DNA from: Octopus bimaculoides
Lineage: Eukaryota
Assembly (NCBI RefSeq): GCF_001194135.2
Contig: NC_068995.1
Span: 10,564,632 to 10,628,631 of the forward strand
DNA: 64,000 bases
Direction: 5' to 3'
This document shows positions 12,382-26,806 of this stretch, in pieces. Below the pieces are notes generated by a model. The model was not told where the DNA came from. It did no database searches and saw only the letters and a list, made by a program, of their open reading frames with translations. Numbering within the stretch: the first letter of the stretch is position 1; every line of letters starts with the position of its first letter. A program made the position numbers and the translations under genes.

Positions 12382-15300
12382 CACCATCATAAATCAGTTG
12401 TCGGATCATTTTGTACATAGGATTCGTGTTGTCACATTGATTGTCCAAAGTCTGACATAAATAGTGGAACATGTCTACAATGGCAGCCTGAAAATGAAAA
12501 AAATAAACAACAAATTAATCATTTGTATAGAGCTGCTGTTGTTGGAGGTGATAGTGGTTCAATTCTCACACACACCACACTCTCTTTCTCTCTCTCTCTT
12601 GTGGACAATGGATATTGGTAACAAAGAAGTATACAAGCCTTTTATAGTCTTCACTGCTTCTGCTGCCAAAGTGGAGATTGGTGACAGGAGGCAAGGACAG
12701 GTTCTTTATATTACAGAGTCTACATTCTATTCATTTTGACAGTGAAGATCAGTGGCAGAAGGAGTGGATAGGAAGCACAACCCCCACCCCTATCCCATAC
12801 ACCATATTGACACAAAACACACTGGTGACAAAAAAAGAGGGATTAATAACAAGAACCCCTTACAGAATCTCCAGAGGGATTTGTAGCCCCCTTAGAGGCT
12901 CGCCACCATGATATCTACATACTCTTTCCTTGCTTGTATTTATTTTATCTTTTACTTCTTTCAGTTTCTGCCAACCAAATCAACTCACAAGACTTTAGTC
13001 AGACCAAGGGCATAGACAAACAGCAGCAGTAATTTTATTCAGCTGAATACACATCATTGATTGGTTGAAATTATCGAAATACGACAACTTTAACACGAAA
13101 TAACTTTGAAAATATAAACTTTTCTCAACAACGCTAAGAGTAAAAGATGTTTTATATGACACATTCTACCAGTGTCCGAAGTTCGAAAGTGTTTAGTTAC
13201 AAAGAATTAATTTCTCGATGTGTCGTTCAAAGGGAAAAGATCCCAATAATCAAACTGAATCCTGTCAGCATTCTTCCAACACCCTTAACGGCCTTTGTTT
13301 CAATTAATTATGAAAATAATGAAGAATTTGGTAAAATAATTTTGTCACTACTAAGATTGTATTTGAAGCAAAAATTAACCTGAAATATGTTGGAAGGTTT
13401 TAATTTAGATCACTTTAAAACAGGAAATTTGTATCAGAGCCAGGGGTGGTCTTGGGCGGGTTGGTATCAAAAGGGTTAAAACAGTTCTACAAAGAAATAA
13501 GATGAGCAGAGTGAAAGAAGTGTCAGTTGGGAATGAACTAACCTTTTGATCTTCATTCAGTGATGTCATGACGGGTAAGAGACAATGAAGGAGTCGGATC
13601 AAAGCACCAGCTTTTTCAAAGTTCTCCCTACAAAAAAAAAAAAATTATTTCATTTCTAATGGTGGAATCTAAGTAGATGAATCTATAAATAATAATAGCA
13701 TGAAAGCCATTTGGTTGAAAAACCCTTTTGATAGAAAAAGTTAAAGGCTTCCCCAGAGAGTTGAACCTACATTTGTACACAGGACATAAAATATTATTAT
13801 CATGGTGGATGGATAGACAAACAGACAGATGGATGGATGAAGAGAGATGAAGACTTATTAGTTAGTCAGAGAATACAAAGCAGTGTTCATGACCTTTGCT
13901 GGACTACACACCTAATTAGAGAAAAGCTTATGTGGTTGAGAAAAGGTCTGAACTTCTGCAGACCAATATCTGCTGTGGAAACGTGCATGAGGAGAAATAA
14001 GAAACAAAATTTAGAAAATCAACAGGGTTCAGAAAACAACAAAGAAACTATTAAAATTATAAATAGGTCACTTACTCTTTTATATAAATGCGGAAAAGAT
14101 TCCAAATGTCCTGGACTGGTATGTCATCGACATCTAACACGTCAAGTCGGTTCACTTTTTTGGTGCTGAACTGCAAAAAAATAATAAAGTATATATAGAG
14201 AAATATACATGTACATATGTACATTGCATTGAATATCATCAATAAGAAGTAAAACCGGTTTGTAAATATGTACTTTGAAATATTTAATTATATATTTTTG
14301 TAATTATGGACTTTGGAATGTTTAATAATGTATTTTTAAATGATTTCAATGTAAAAATGTAATTGGGAATCCATAATTTTGAAACAAGTTAAATATAGTA
14401 ATGTATTTTGGATATGATATTTCAGGATATGAACTAAAGTATTTTGAAATAATTTAGTTGGAATAACTCATTATTCAATGTATATTATTGTGTTCTATAT
14501 TTAAGAGATGAGGACTGCACCAAGCTCTATTTTTCTACTTTGGAAAGTGGTTGACATTAGAAAGGGCATCCATCTGTAGAAACCTTGCCAGAGTGTTCTG
14601 TGGGTGCTTTTCACATGGCACCAACACCAATGAGGTCACCAAGTAACTTGCAAAACTAGATACCTCAACTGAGTGTGGATGTAATATTGAGGGAGGTAGC
14701 TTTATGACAGCTTGATGTGAGGTTATAGTATGATAAAGGGACAGAAACAGGTCCCTTGGATGGAGAAAAGGTCAGTGGTTACCCCAATATAATACATGCA
14801 ACTAATTAATAGTTGAATCCACTTTGAGACTCACACTTAAAATTATTTACTTCACATTTTCTCAGATGTGAGACAGAGAATGAAGAAGAAAGTAGGAAAG
14901 GTGAAAAAGTGAAATGGAGACAATACCTGCACTTGTGCCAAATCTATCAGGAAGTTCAGAATGAGAGTCTGTATCTCATTGACAGTTACCAATTCTTTCT
15001 TTGGATTAAACAATGGTTGTGGCTGAGGGATGAGAACAAAAGAGAGTTTAGTGTTATGGTGGAAAATTGTTTCGCTGATTTACTGAATGAACATGGTCAA
15101 ATATACAAAAGTGAACAAGGATCCCCACAAATATCATCATCATTGTCATCACCATTGCTTAAGTATACACCTCCCCATGCTTGCATTGGCCAGACAGAAT
15201 TTGTTGAGGCATATTTTCTACAGCAAGAAAAGTCCTGCTACTAGGGTCAGAGTACGTCTGGGAACAATAGAGGTAGAGAGATGGTTTCACACTCTTCAAA

Positions 15301-15892
15301 ACGCTGGAACTATATATATAAAATGGGAATTGCATTTTGTTTATGTTGATTACAGTTACAAAAACAAACAATACAACAAGGATAAGAAATATCATATAGA
15401 CTTACAGGTAGCATTCTTGAGAAGGTAATCTTTTTGTGGAAACCAGAGAACTGTATGGACTTCACACCCAGTTTCCCACTGGTGTCACTTCGAGGCTCCA
15501 AAAACTTCACTAACACAAACTGGTAAAATATATACAGAACACATTCATTATACATACTAATAAAAAACAATAACATTTATATATAATATAGAATAAAATA
15601 CTACACACACACACACACACACAAGTAACTGAATAATATGCAATAGATAAATAGATGGGTTATAAAGAATGGGTTATAAAATGTTTTATATTTATCAATA
15701 TCATGTATACCCCACCACCCACAATTAATTTTTAAAAAATGTCATTCAAACAAACGACTAAACTAACCTTTCCTTCTGGATACCAAAGAACTGGAATTTC
15801 CAACTCGTCCCTGGGTGGGAAAATAAAAACAAATTAAACTACCATATCACATTGTCATTTCTTTCCTGATGTGAGTGTATACTTGTATGAAG

Positions 15893-15943
<51 letters not shown>

Positions 15944-17713
15944 GCCATGTATGGGGGATAGCCATGTGTCAGTATCTGTGTACGTGTGTGTGTGTAGCCA
16001 TGAGTGAGTGTGTATGTAGGTAATCATGTATGTATGTTGCCATGTATAGGCGGACATGTAAGTGATCAAGCCTGGCTTTAACCCAAAGCCGGGCTTGATC
16101 AAACAGATCTATGATCAAAGGCCTTCCAACCATGACCACGCCATCCTATTTTCAAATATATGATTGTATCTAGAACTACAATATCTAATGTATTCTTCTG
16201 TTAAGATAGTTGAGAGAGAATCGGCTTTTATTTCTAGCAAATCAAGAGAACATGTAGAGGCATTGTTTGTAACTCAAAATGAAGTTTATATGTAAATGTA
16301 TGCAAGTGGAGTATATATACAAATGTATATACATAGTGAGAATGTAAGTATATATATGTGCATGTAGATATATGAGTGTAGTGTGTACATTGATGCATAA
16401 TTGTGGTGTGTACGTAGATGTATATATATGTATGTGTGTGTTGTGTTATCATCATCATCATTATATAACATCAGTTGTCCATGCTGGCATAGGTTAGATG
16501 GTCTGAACAGAGCTGGTAAGACTCCAGTCTCATTTGGCATGGTGTCTATGGCTGGATGCCTTTCCTAACACCAACCACTCCAAGAGTGTAATGGGTGCCT
16601 TTTATGTGCCACCAGCACAGGTACCATTTGCATGACACCAGTATCTGCCACAACTACGATTTCACTTTGCTTGGCTTCTTGATGTATGTGTGTAGATGTA
16701 TATGTTTATAGTGCACATATTATATACATGTATATGTGTTGTGTGTATACTGTTGTATATGTGTTTGGCACATATGTGAATGTATGTGTGCATGGTGTAT
16801 ATATACAATCCTAATATCACACACAAGAGGAGGCCTTTATGCTTTCCAACTTGTCCACAAAAACAATAAATAAATAGAGTAGCTACATACCAGGTGTCTT
16901 CAAAATGAAAGGCAGCCACTGGATCATTTTCTGAATAGGGTACACTCAGCTCCTGACTATAAACAGAGAAAAGTATAAGTGGATATATATATATATAACA
17001 TTAGTGTACATTTAAACACAAAAGAGGTGACCCTTAACAGGCAGCCTTACACGCTAGAAGGAGCAGTCAAAACATCCAAAACCACATTTAAGAGTAATTT
17101 CGAAGGGAATGGAAAATGAAAACTTTTACCTTGTTTTTTACAGTCATACCTAGGTTTCGAACTTTAATTAGCAAATAAAATAATTTGCTAAACGAAGTTC
17201 TCATCAGTGGCAACGCCAAAACACTAACATATAATTTAGAGACAGAATAACACATGACTCATCATTATATATTATAATTTTTCAAATTCACTGCACAGGC
17301 GTGATTTCAGTCGGCAGCAAATGAAAAAATGCCGAATTACTAAATATGAATACATGAATATATATATATATACATAAAATAAAAAATACACTTTGTGTAC
17401 AGGACATCACCAACAAGTGAAAAATGCATAAACACACAAGAGAAAAGTACAGGACAAAATACAGTCAGTCATGATGGAAGGACTTTTGTGCAGTAGGGTA
17501 GACAGTGAGATTTCAATCTACCTGTCATGAATGTAGAAAAGAACAAACTAAAGACATACGCCAAGTGAGACTGGATATCCTGCTGGGTCCATTCATCATA
17601 GGCTGAGTATTTACTAACATGGTCATCTTGACAGAAATCATTTCTGAAAGTAAAAAAAAAAAAAAATCAAAGAAAATGACAGAGTTAAAAGATCTTAGTA
17701 TCAGAAATTGGAA

Positions 17714-17748
<35 letters not shown>

Positions 17749-17967
17749 CAATGGTTTCAAATTTTGGCACAAGGCCAGCAATTTCGGGGGAAGGGATAAG
17801 TCAATTACATCAACCCCATTGTTCCTCCGATACTTAATTTACTGACCCTGAAAGGATGAAAGGCCAAATCAACCTCAGCAGAATTTGAACTCAGATTGTG
17901 AAAATGAGCAAAATGCTGTTAATCACACACATACAGATACTGACACATGGCTACCCTCCACACATGG

Positions 17968-18015
<48 letters not shown>

Positions 18016-21000
18016 GGAGGGAGGAAGGAAGGAAGGACAGGTAAAGAAACAAAGGGGAAAAAGAATAAAGAAAAAGCAAAGAATAAAAAGTGTAGAAAGA
18101 AAGAAGGAAAGTAGGTAAAAAAAAAGCCTTAGTTACATACTGATCACCGTAGACAAACACCAATCCTTGTCTGGAACCACGAGAACCACTGATTACCTGA
18201 AGACAATGAGAGTAAAAATATAATGAGATACTTAAAGATAACCAGCTAATTTGGGGTTAAGAATTGCATGCATGTGTGTGTGTGTGTGTGTGTGTGTGTA
18301 ACAAAAGAGAAGAGTGGGAAAATTTGGTATATTTTTAGTGCCATGTTACATATGGCCGTTTTTCCAGACCTGTAGCATTTTGCTTAGCTAAACCCTTATC
18401 CATTGAAGCAACAAGAGAGCTCATTATTGTGCAATATAACATAAGCAGATGATCTGGTGTCTGCTCCTTTGCGACAGCCAGATGAATAGTGTGGACAAGG
18501 GAATTCTTCACGGTGGAACTGAACTCAAGAGCTGTGAGTTAGTAATCCAACAATATCTATTTAGTCATTTCACTAACTGCAACAGGATAGAAGTTTCGAG
18601 AGGTGAGTCAAATGATTAAGAATGTTCTAAAGAGCCCCCTCCTCTATATCCTCCATCAAGTATTCAATCTGATATGTAATGGTTGATGCTATGGTGGAAC
18701 AGTTAAACAGTTTGGAGCATTTTGTTTTCTCTACTGTCCACTCCATAGGGTACTGGCTGTTGGGGCCAAAGAGAAGATAGCCAAGGTGGACAACAAAAAT
18801 AACGTGAAGAATAAACATGGAAATATGTTGTCTATGCTGTGATGAAGAAAAGTTATGAAGAGATGGAGCTGGAAAAAAAATGAGACATGTAAAAGAAATA
18901 CAAGTACAAAAGGAAGAAAATGATGATGTATAAAAGAGATGATGATGTATAAAAGAGATGATGATGTATAAAAGAGATGATGATGATGATGATAACACTG
19001 GTAATGATGACAAATACGATGATGATGATCATCATCACAATGATGACAACAATGAGAACGGTAATGACAATGATGATGATGATGACAGCAATGAAGACAA
19101 TAACAAAGATGACAATGAAGATGATGATGACACTGATGAAGATGATGATGTCACTGATGAAGATGATGACGATAATAAAGAGGACAATGTTAATGATGAC
19201 GATGATGATGTTGCTGACAATGACAATGGCGTTTTATGAAATGAATTCAACTCACCTTGATCATCAACTTCGTTAAGGTAACGAAATCAGGAGCCTTGAA
19301 GAAGAGGTCAACACTTTTCCTGCCTTCCGTAAGGTAAACTATAGGGAGACAGGAAGACAGAAAAAAGAGAGGGTATGAGGAAAGAGAGAAAGTTGACAAA
19401 GAAGATAGAGAGGTGGGCGTGTGTGTATGCACATGTATGTGTGCGTTCATTTACCTCCAGTGCCAAAATGTTCTATCATCAGAACAGACTGAATTTCAGC
19501 TGTGACAAACCATCAGCATCCAAAAAGCTATACTCAATTGTCTTATTCTGGGATAGAGAGGACAAGGCAACTCTGTAGTGCTGGTGCAATGATGAAATGC
19601 ACCAAGTGCACTGTGTAAAGTGGTTAAGGTTAGGAAAAGTTTCCAGCCATAGAAACCATGCTAAAATAAAACATGCAAGTAAATTTGTGTCTAATAAAAA
19701 ATTACTTAATAAATATTTATATACTATAAAAGTTATTAAATGCAAAAAGGGTGTTACTTCTGCCGCACCCTGTATATACAGGGAGCTTCCACACAGTTTC
19801 CATCTACCAAATTAACTGAGAAGGTATTGGTCGGACCAGGACTAGAGAAGACACTTGCACACTATGGGATCAAACCCAAAACAACAGAGTTACAAAGCGA
19901 ACATCTTAACCACATGGCCATGTCCACACCTTTAGGGGGAAAAAGGTTAAATAAAGCAGAACATTAGTATGGAAAGAAATCTAACCTTGAATGCTTCGTA
20001 GATTCGTAGTATTGCTGCTGCTGCTACTGTTGTTGCTGTTTTGCTTTGATTTGTCTTCTAGTTGTCCTCCTTCGCAACCACACAATGGCAAGTAGAAAGA
20101 ACTGGCTGGAATATACAAAACAGGAATCAAAAAACATAGTAAAAGAGTTAGGTGATTGATAAGCTAATGATAACACCTGTGCATAGTCATTCAATTTGTT
20201 ACTGTTGTGTCGATGCCCCCCAGGCAAAGAAGTAGGATCTCCCAAGACATATAAATAGAGGTAGTCTGGCCGTGGTAGGTGAGTTGAGTAGCAGTCGAGT
20301 AGCAGTTGTGTAGCGGTTGAGTAGAGATCATCTGAAGGTGCTAGATAGCAGTAGCTTTGAGACATAACAGTTACAATAGCAGCCAAATCTCACTCAAATT
20401 ATACCCTATTTTAACTTCTCAAAATCTGGCATAAACCCATCATCATCATCGTCGTCGTCATTTAACGTCCGTTTTCCATGCTGGCATGGGTTGGACGGTT
20501 TGATTGGGTACTGGCAAGCCAGGAGGCCGCACCAGGCTCCAATCTGATCTGGCAATGCTTCTACAGCTGGATGCCCTTCTTAACGCCAACCACGTTCGGA
20601 TGGTGCTTTTTACATGCCACCAGCACAAGGAGCCAGTCGGGCAAGTCTGGCAGCGATCCACGCATGAATGAATGGTGCTTATTGTGTGCCACCAGCACTG
20701 CTAACAGCCACAACTACAATTTCCATTTGATTGTGATGTGATTTGATTTTGATTTACTTGACTCAATAGATCTCCTCAAGCACGGAATGTCACCCAACAA
20801 TTCAAAGGTACTTTTTAAATGGGCTGGTTGTGCGACACTGGTGTAGGCCACAGGTGTGATCCCACTTTCCTTGCCAGGTCTTCTCAATCACAGCATATAC
20901 TCTTTTAATAGTATACCCAACTCAATCGAGAGGTCTCATCTTGCAACTTAATTGGTGACCTCACTAGCATTAGTACCATGTTAAAAAAAAACCTATACTC

Positions 21001-21774
21001 ACTGTAAAAGTGTTAGTATTAGGAAGAGCACCCATCTGTAGAAACCATGACATAGGAGAGTGACAACAGTCAAATCTTGTGCAAATTACACCCTACATTA
21101 ACATGTAAAAACTTGGCATAAAGCCACCTGTCTCAGTACTACATCTCCACTCGATTGAGGGGTCTTGTCTTACGAGGTACTCGGTGATCTCATTAGGGCC
21201 AGTGCCATAAAACAAGCATCCAGAACAGTCTGTAAAGTGGTTAGGATGGGTATCCAGCCACAGAAACCGTGCCAAAGTAGAGATTGGAACTCAATGCCGC
21301 TTTATGGCTCACAGGGTCATGTTAAATTATCCGACCCATGCCAGCATGGAAAACAGATGTTAAACGATGATGATGATGAGGAGGAGGAGGTCTTACACAA
21401 AGAAGGATACGATAGTATTTCTGTTCTGGCAATACTTACATTGCTTCTCCAAAGCTGTGTTTTTCGATTTTATCATTTTGGTCATCAGTTGATTGCAAGA
21501 TAAACTCAGATCAGGAAAATCTGCCAAAAAAAAAAAAAAAATTTTAATTATAAATTAATATGTGTATTCTCTTATTCTCTTATTTGTTTCAGTTATTTGA
21601 CTGCGGCCATGCTGGAGCACCGCCTTTAGCCGAGCAAATCAATCCCAGGACTTATTCTTTGTAAGCCTGGTACTTATTCTATCGGTCTCTTCTGTTGAAC
21701 TGCTAAGTTACAGGGACATAGAGGCACCAGCATCAATTGTCAAGCAATGTTAGGGGGTACAAACACAAACATAT

Positions 21775-21859
<85 letters not shown>

Positions 21860-24787
21860 TATATATGACGGGCTTCTTTCAGTTTCCATCTACCAAATCC
21901 ACTCACAAGGCTTTGGTCGGCCCAAGGCTATAGTAGCAGACACTTGCCCAAGGTGCCACTAAGCATTTCACCCGGCGTGCTAACGTTTCTGCCAGCGTGC
22001 CGCCTTACGGAAGAACTTCTGTCAAGCAATTTGTTCAATGCACCAACAGATCTGTAAGCTCCCCACCCACCTCCTTAAAAAGCAATAACATGACCCCTTC
22101 ACACTTACTTTGTAATACTTTGATTGTGCTGATTAGTCCTTTAACGCTTCCACGAGCCATGTTAAAGCTAAGAAGAATGTCCAGGTCAGCAGGTACAACA
22201 CGGCCTGTGCTGTCACTGAAGGTTTCGGGGGAAAAAAGAAAAAGATTAAAAAAATATTATTAAGTAACAAAACAAAAAAAACACCAAATGCAATACAAAG
22301 TATTAGGTTGATGAAAAAGTTTGTGTGCCATGTTAAAATAATGCTTTTTTATATATTTTTGTGGTGTGTGTGTACATTCAGTTCATGTCATGTTCAATGG
22401 TGACTCACTGTGTTCGTCGAAAACACCCTTTGTTTCAACAAAACAATGCAAAGCCGCATACTGCCAGAAAGACCAGCAACAAGATTGAAGAATTGGACGG
22501 TGTGGAAGTTCTGCCGCATCCAGCTTATAATCCAGGCATTGCTCCAACTGATTATGGTCTCTTTCGATCAATGCAGCGCTTTATGAAAGGTCGCTGATTT
22601 GAGTCATTCGACGAAGTTGAAGAAGCCCGTCAAGAATTTTTCGATTCAAAGCCAAAGGATTGGTACTTTGACCAAATTCGAAACTTGCAAATCGTTGACA
22701 GAAGGTCATGGAAAATGATGATGCAAGATGTAAGACAGAAATATAGGCAGAAGTGTGATGTAACAGGAGAGAGATTGAGAAGAAAAAAAGGGTGAGAGAA
22801 AGAGATATAGATACAGAGGTACACAGATAACAGGAGAAATTTACAGAAAAAGATAGAAAGAGTGATCTGTAAGTGTTACTACTCACAAGACGACATCAGT
22901 GAGGAAGTTATCCACTTCTTTGAGTACATTTTTACTGAGGAAGTACGGTCTTTCATTGCTAGCTTGTGACAATGATAATGGTTGCATGTGAGTGAGAGCA
23001 CTCCTGGAAATGAAGAGAAAGAATAAACAACCATTAAGAATTACTTCTCTTTTTGTTTTTATTTAACCCACTTAGCACCAACCCACTTGAGCCCACCCCA
23101 ACTTCTATCATATAAACTTCCTGTTTTAAAGTGATTTAAATGAAAACCATTCATGAAAATTTCATAATATATTTATGTCCCAAACACCAACTTAATAATC
23201 TTTTCTGTTATAGGCACAAGGCCTGAACCTGTTGGTGGTCGATTACATGAACTCCGGTGTTTAAATGATACTTATTTCATCGAAAGGGAAAGTCAACCTC
23301 AGTGAAATTTGAATTCAGAACATTAATGCAGTCTGTGTAACTGCATACAATGTGGCTAGGTTTTCATTTACCCATGTCTTTTCTACCACCATCGAGAGCA
23401 GAAACATCTTAATCCCACAGAGTCTGCAACAAAAAATTACCAACCTTGTTCTCAAAAGAATCTTCCGCTTCAAAGTCTTGTCATTGGGCATCACCGATGT
23501 GATCCACATTGAGAGAAGCTGGATAAACCAAACTGCAGAAGCATCCGCTACACTTAATCCAGGATCTTTAGCACGTAATCTGCAAGTAGATTGTAGGCAA
23601 TATATAAACGTATATATATATATAGGTAGGAGGGCTCGAAAAGGGGTCTCAGGGAGTAGCGTTCCTGTCTTCCTGAGCTAGCTTTCCACCACATTTCTTA
23701 AAAATCATGGTAGAGGCCTTGATCTCGGGACCACTCATGTCTAGAAACTGAGAATGGGGATAAGCAAGGGCATGCTCTCTATACAAAATCCAGCTCCAAA
23801 AAAGCCTCATGATAGCAAAGGAGAATGGGTACCAGCCAGCCCAAAGGTTGGGGGTGGGCTGCACCTGCCTACCTCAGTTGCTATGGCATTGAGGTAGATC
23901 TGACCACCCTCATTAACAGGGACAAAACCTGGGTTTAAAACACTTGATGATGATGATGATGATGATGATATACACACACACACACACACAAGTGTAGGCA
24001 CAGCATTGTCAAATAGTTAAGAAAGACACCATTTCGAGCGTAGCCGTTTTCGTGCGGTTGACACGTAAAAGCACCTACTACACTCTCTGAGTGGTTGGCG
24101 TTAGGAAGGGCATCCAGCTGTAGAAACTCTGCCGAATTAGATTGGAGCCTGGTGTTGCCATCCGGTTTCACCAGTCCTCAGTCAAATCGTCCAACCCATG
24201 CTAGCATGGAAGGCGGACGTTAAACGATGATGATGATGATGATGATATGCTTCACAACCACAAGGTCCCTGATTATTTCATTGCACCACATATTCGACAG
24301 AAACAAGGATGTGCTGAAAAGCTACTGGTTTTAAGGGCATCACAGAAGGCCTGGCTGGAGGGCCACCACATGGTGGCCAGAGTTGGTGTGTTTACCTCCC
24401 TGTAACTTAGTAATTCAGCAAAAAGGGAGCAATAGAATAAGTACTGGGATTCAAGAAACAAGTCCCATAGTCAACTTGTTCAACTAAAACCCCAAAAGGT
24501 GGTGCCCCAGCATGGCCACAGTCAAATGACCGAAAACAAGTAAAAGATACAAATGAAATATAAAGGAATGGACATTACTTACCGGTACCCAACAGCTTTG
24601 ACCCCATGTACCCTGGTGTCACATCCGTCGCTATGGCAACGCTTGATGTTGATTTGGATAACTGGGAATTAAATATAAAATCAGGCAAAAATACAAAAAT
24701 ACCTATTTTGTAATGTTTAAAACAAGGCATTAATATCGTTTCAGTATTAGAATAGCATTTATTTAAGATGCGGTGTGGTGTGGTGTG

Positions 24788-24820
<33 letters not shown>

Positions 24821-25704
24821 CGTGTGTGTGTGTCTGTGTCCCTGTGTGTGAGTGTATGCATGTCTCTGTGCTTGTGTGTGTGGGTGTATGTCTGAGCTGG
24901 TGTATGTGTCTGTGCTTGTGTGTGTGTGACTCTGTGCTTCTGTGCGTGTGTGTGTCTCTGTGCTTGTGTGTATGCGTGTGTCTGTGCTTGTGTGTGTGTG
25001 CATGTGTACCTGTGCTTTTGTGTATGTGTTCCTGTGTGTGTTCCTGTGTGTGTGTGTGTGTGCATACGTCCCTGTGCTTGCGTGTATGTGTCCGTGTGTG
25101 TGTGTGTGTCTGTGCTTGTGTGTATGTGTCCCTGCAAACAAACAAGGATTGGTGACAGGAAGGCCATCTGGCTGTAGAATATCAGCCTTGACAAATCCCA
25201 TGTGACCCATCAATGCACAGAAACAGTAACGTGGATCTTATAATGATGATGGGGACAAGGCTTTTATAGGCATTAAAATAGACAGAAGTTCTGGATTACA
25301 GAAACGGACAGGGTTTGATCCCAAAACTGTGAATTCTCTGAATAATAAAATTAAATTAAATAATTAACTGATTTGACATTTTATAGAGATGCTGAATGAA
25401 AACAAGGTGAAAAGAAGTCAAGGCAAAAAAAAAGGGCAGCATTATTGAAACGTAATATTTCAGCATTTCATATTAAATTAACGACGAGGAGGAAGAAGAG
25501 AGAAGGAGGGGTGGGGGAGGAAAAAGAAGAAGCCACCATAATCATTTTCAAATAAACAAATGAACAGAAGTCAATAAATCAAATTCATCTTACTTGGGAA
25601 ATATGTGGTCAGATTCTCAATCAGAACATAATCACCATTCACATGACTGAAAAATATACAATTAAAAACATAATTATTTCATATACACACACACACGTGT
25701 GTGT

Positions 25705-25740
<36 letters not shown>

Positions 25741-26767
25741 CAAAGGTAAAAAACACAACAAACAGAAATCACCAAAACATAACAAGCAGGAAAAGTGTGT
25801 ATATGTATATGTGTGTATATGTATATATGAGGCAAAGACAAGTGATCGAGACCTTTGGAGATATGCTGTGCTTGAGAAGACCCGGCAAGCCAAGTGAGAC
25901 CATAACTGTGGCCTATGCTGTGTGACCAGCCCATTTAAGAGTACCCTTCAATCATTGGACAATAAACTATGCTTGCGAAGACCTGTTGAAGCAAGTGAAA
26001 TCGCTGTCGTGGCCAATGACAGTACCACCTGATTGGCACCCGTGCCAGTGGAACATAAAAAGCACCATTCAAGCGTGGTCATTGCCAGGACCGCTGACTG
26101 GCTCCTGTGCTGGTGACACGCAAAAAAAAAGAAGCACCATTTGAGCATGGTCATTGCCAGTGCCACCAGACTGGCTCCTGTCTAGGTGGTATGAAAAAAG
26201 CATCATTTGAGCATGGCTAATGCCAATGCTACCTGACTGGCCCTCATGCTGGTGGCACGTAAAAGCACCCACTACACTCTCAGAATGGTTGGCGTTAGGA
26301 AGGGCATCCAGCAGTAGAAACTTTGCCAGATCAGATTGGAGACTGGTGCAGCCTTCTGACTCGCCAGACCTCAGTCAAACCGTCAAACCCATGCTAGCAT
26401 GGAAAGTGGACGTTAAACGATGATGATGATGATGAGGGAGAGAGAGAAGGAGAGATAGGTGGAGACATGTACAGAGAGAAACATGAACACAGAGAGAAAG
26501 CAAGAGAGACAGAGAGAGATGGGTGGGAGAGAGAGAGAGAGAGAGAGAGAGATAGTAATGTATGATGCACTAACTTTGGAATCCTCAGTTCTTTGATTTC
26601 TTTCAGCAGACTGGTTGTCTTGCCAACAGAGATAGAGACCAGTTGTGGCATATAACTTTGGTCTAGTGATGACACATTCATGGACAGCTGTTTTATTACT
26701 ACATTGTTCTTGATTCTTAATCTGCCAATAGAAACAATACAAAGGTTAACAAACTGACAGCCTAGTG

Positions 26768-26806
<39 letters not shown>

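Noticed and set aside
18370-18531. Open minus-strand frame (LEFSSTVKNSLVH...) between ZZEF1 exons
   Set aside because: Phase is incompatible with the flanking 0/0 junction, the donor is poor, and there is no homology to ZZEF1.
18958-19276. Asp/Asn-rich and Met/Thr-rich ORFs resembling biomineral or acidic proteins
   Set aside because: Degenerate GAT microsatellite in an intron, antisense to ZZEF1 and overlapping an exon; all frames are low complexity.
20024-20386. 120-aa ORF with a hydrophobic C-terminus
   Set aside because: It spans an LTR-like segment, intron and a real ZZEF1 exon that is read in another frame.
24575-25213. His/Thr-rich and Cys/Val-rich ORFs
   Set aside because: Translations of a (CA)n/(TG)n satellite.
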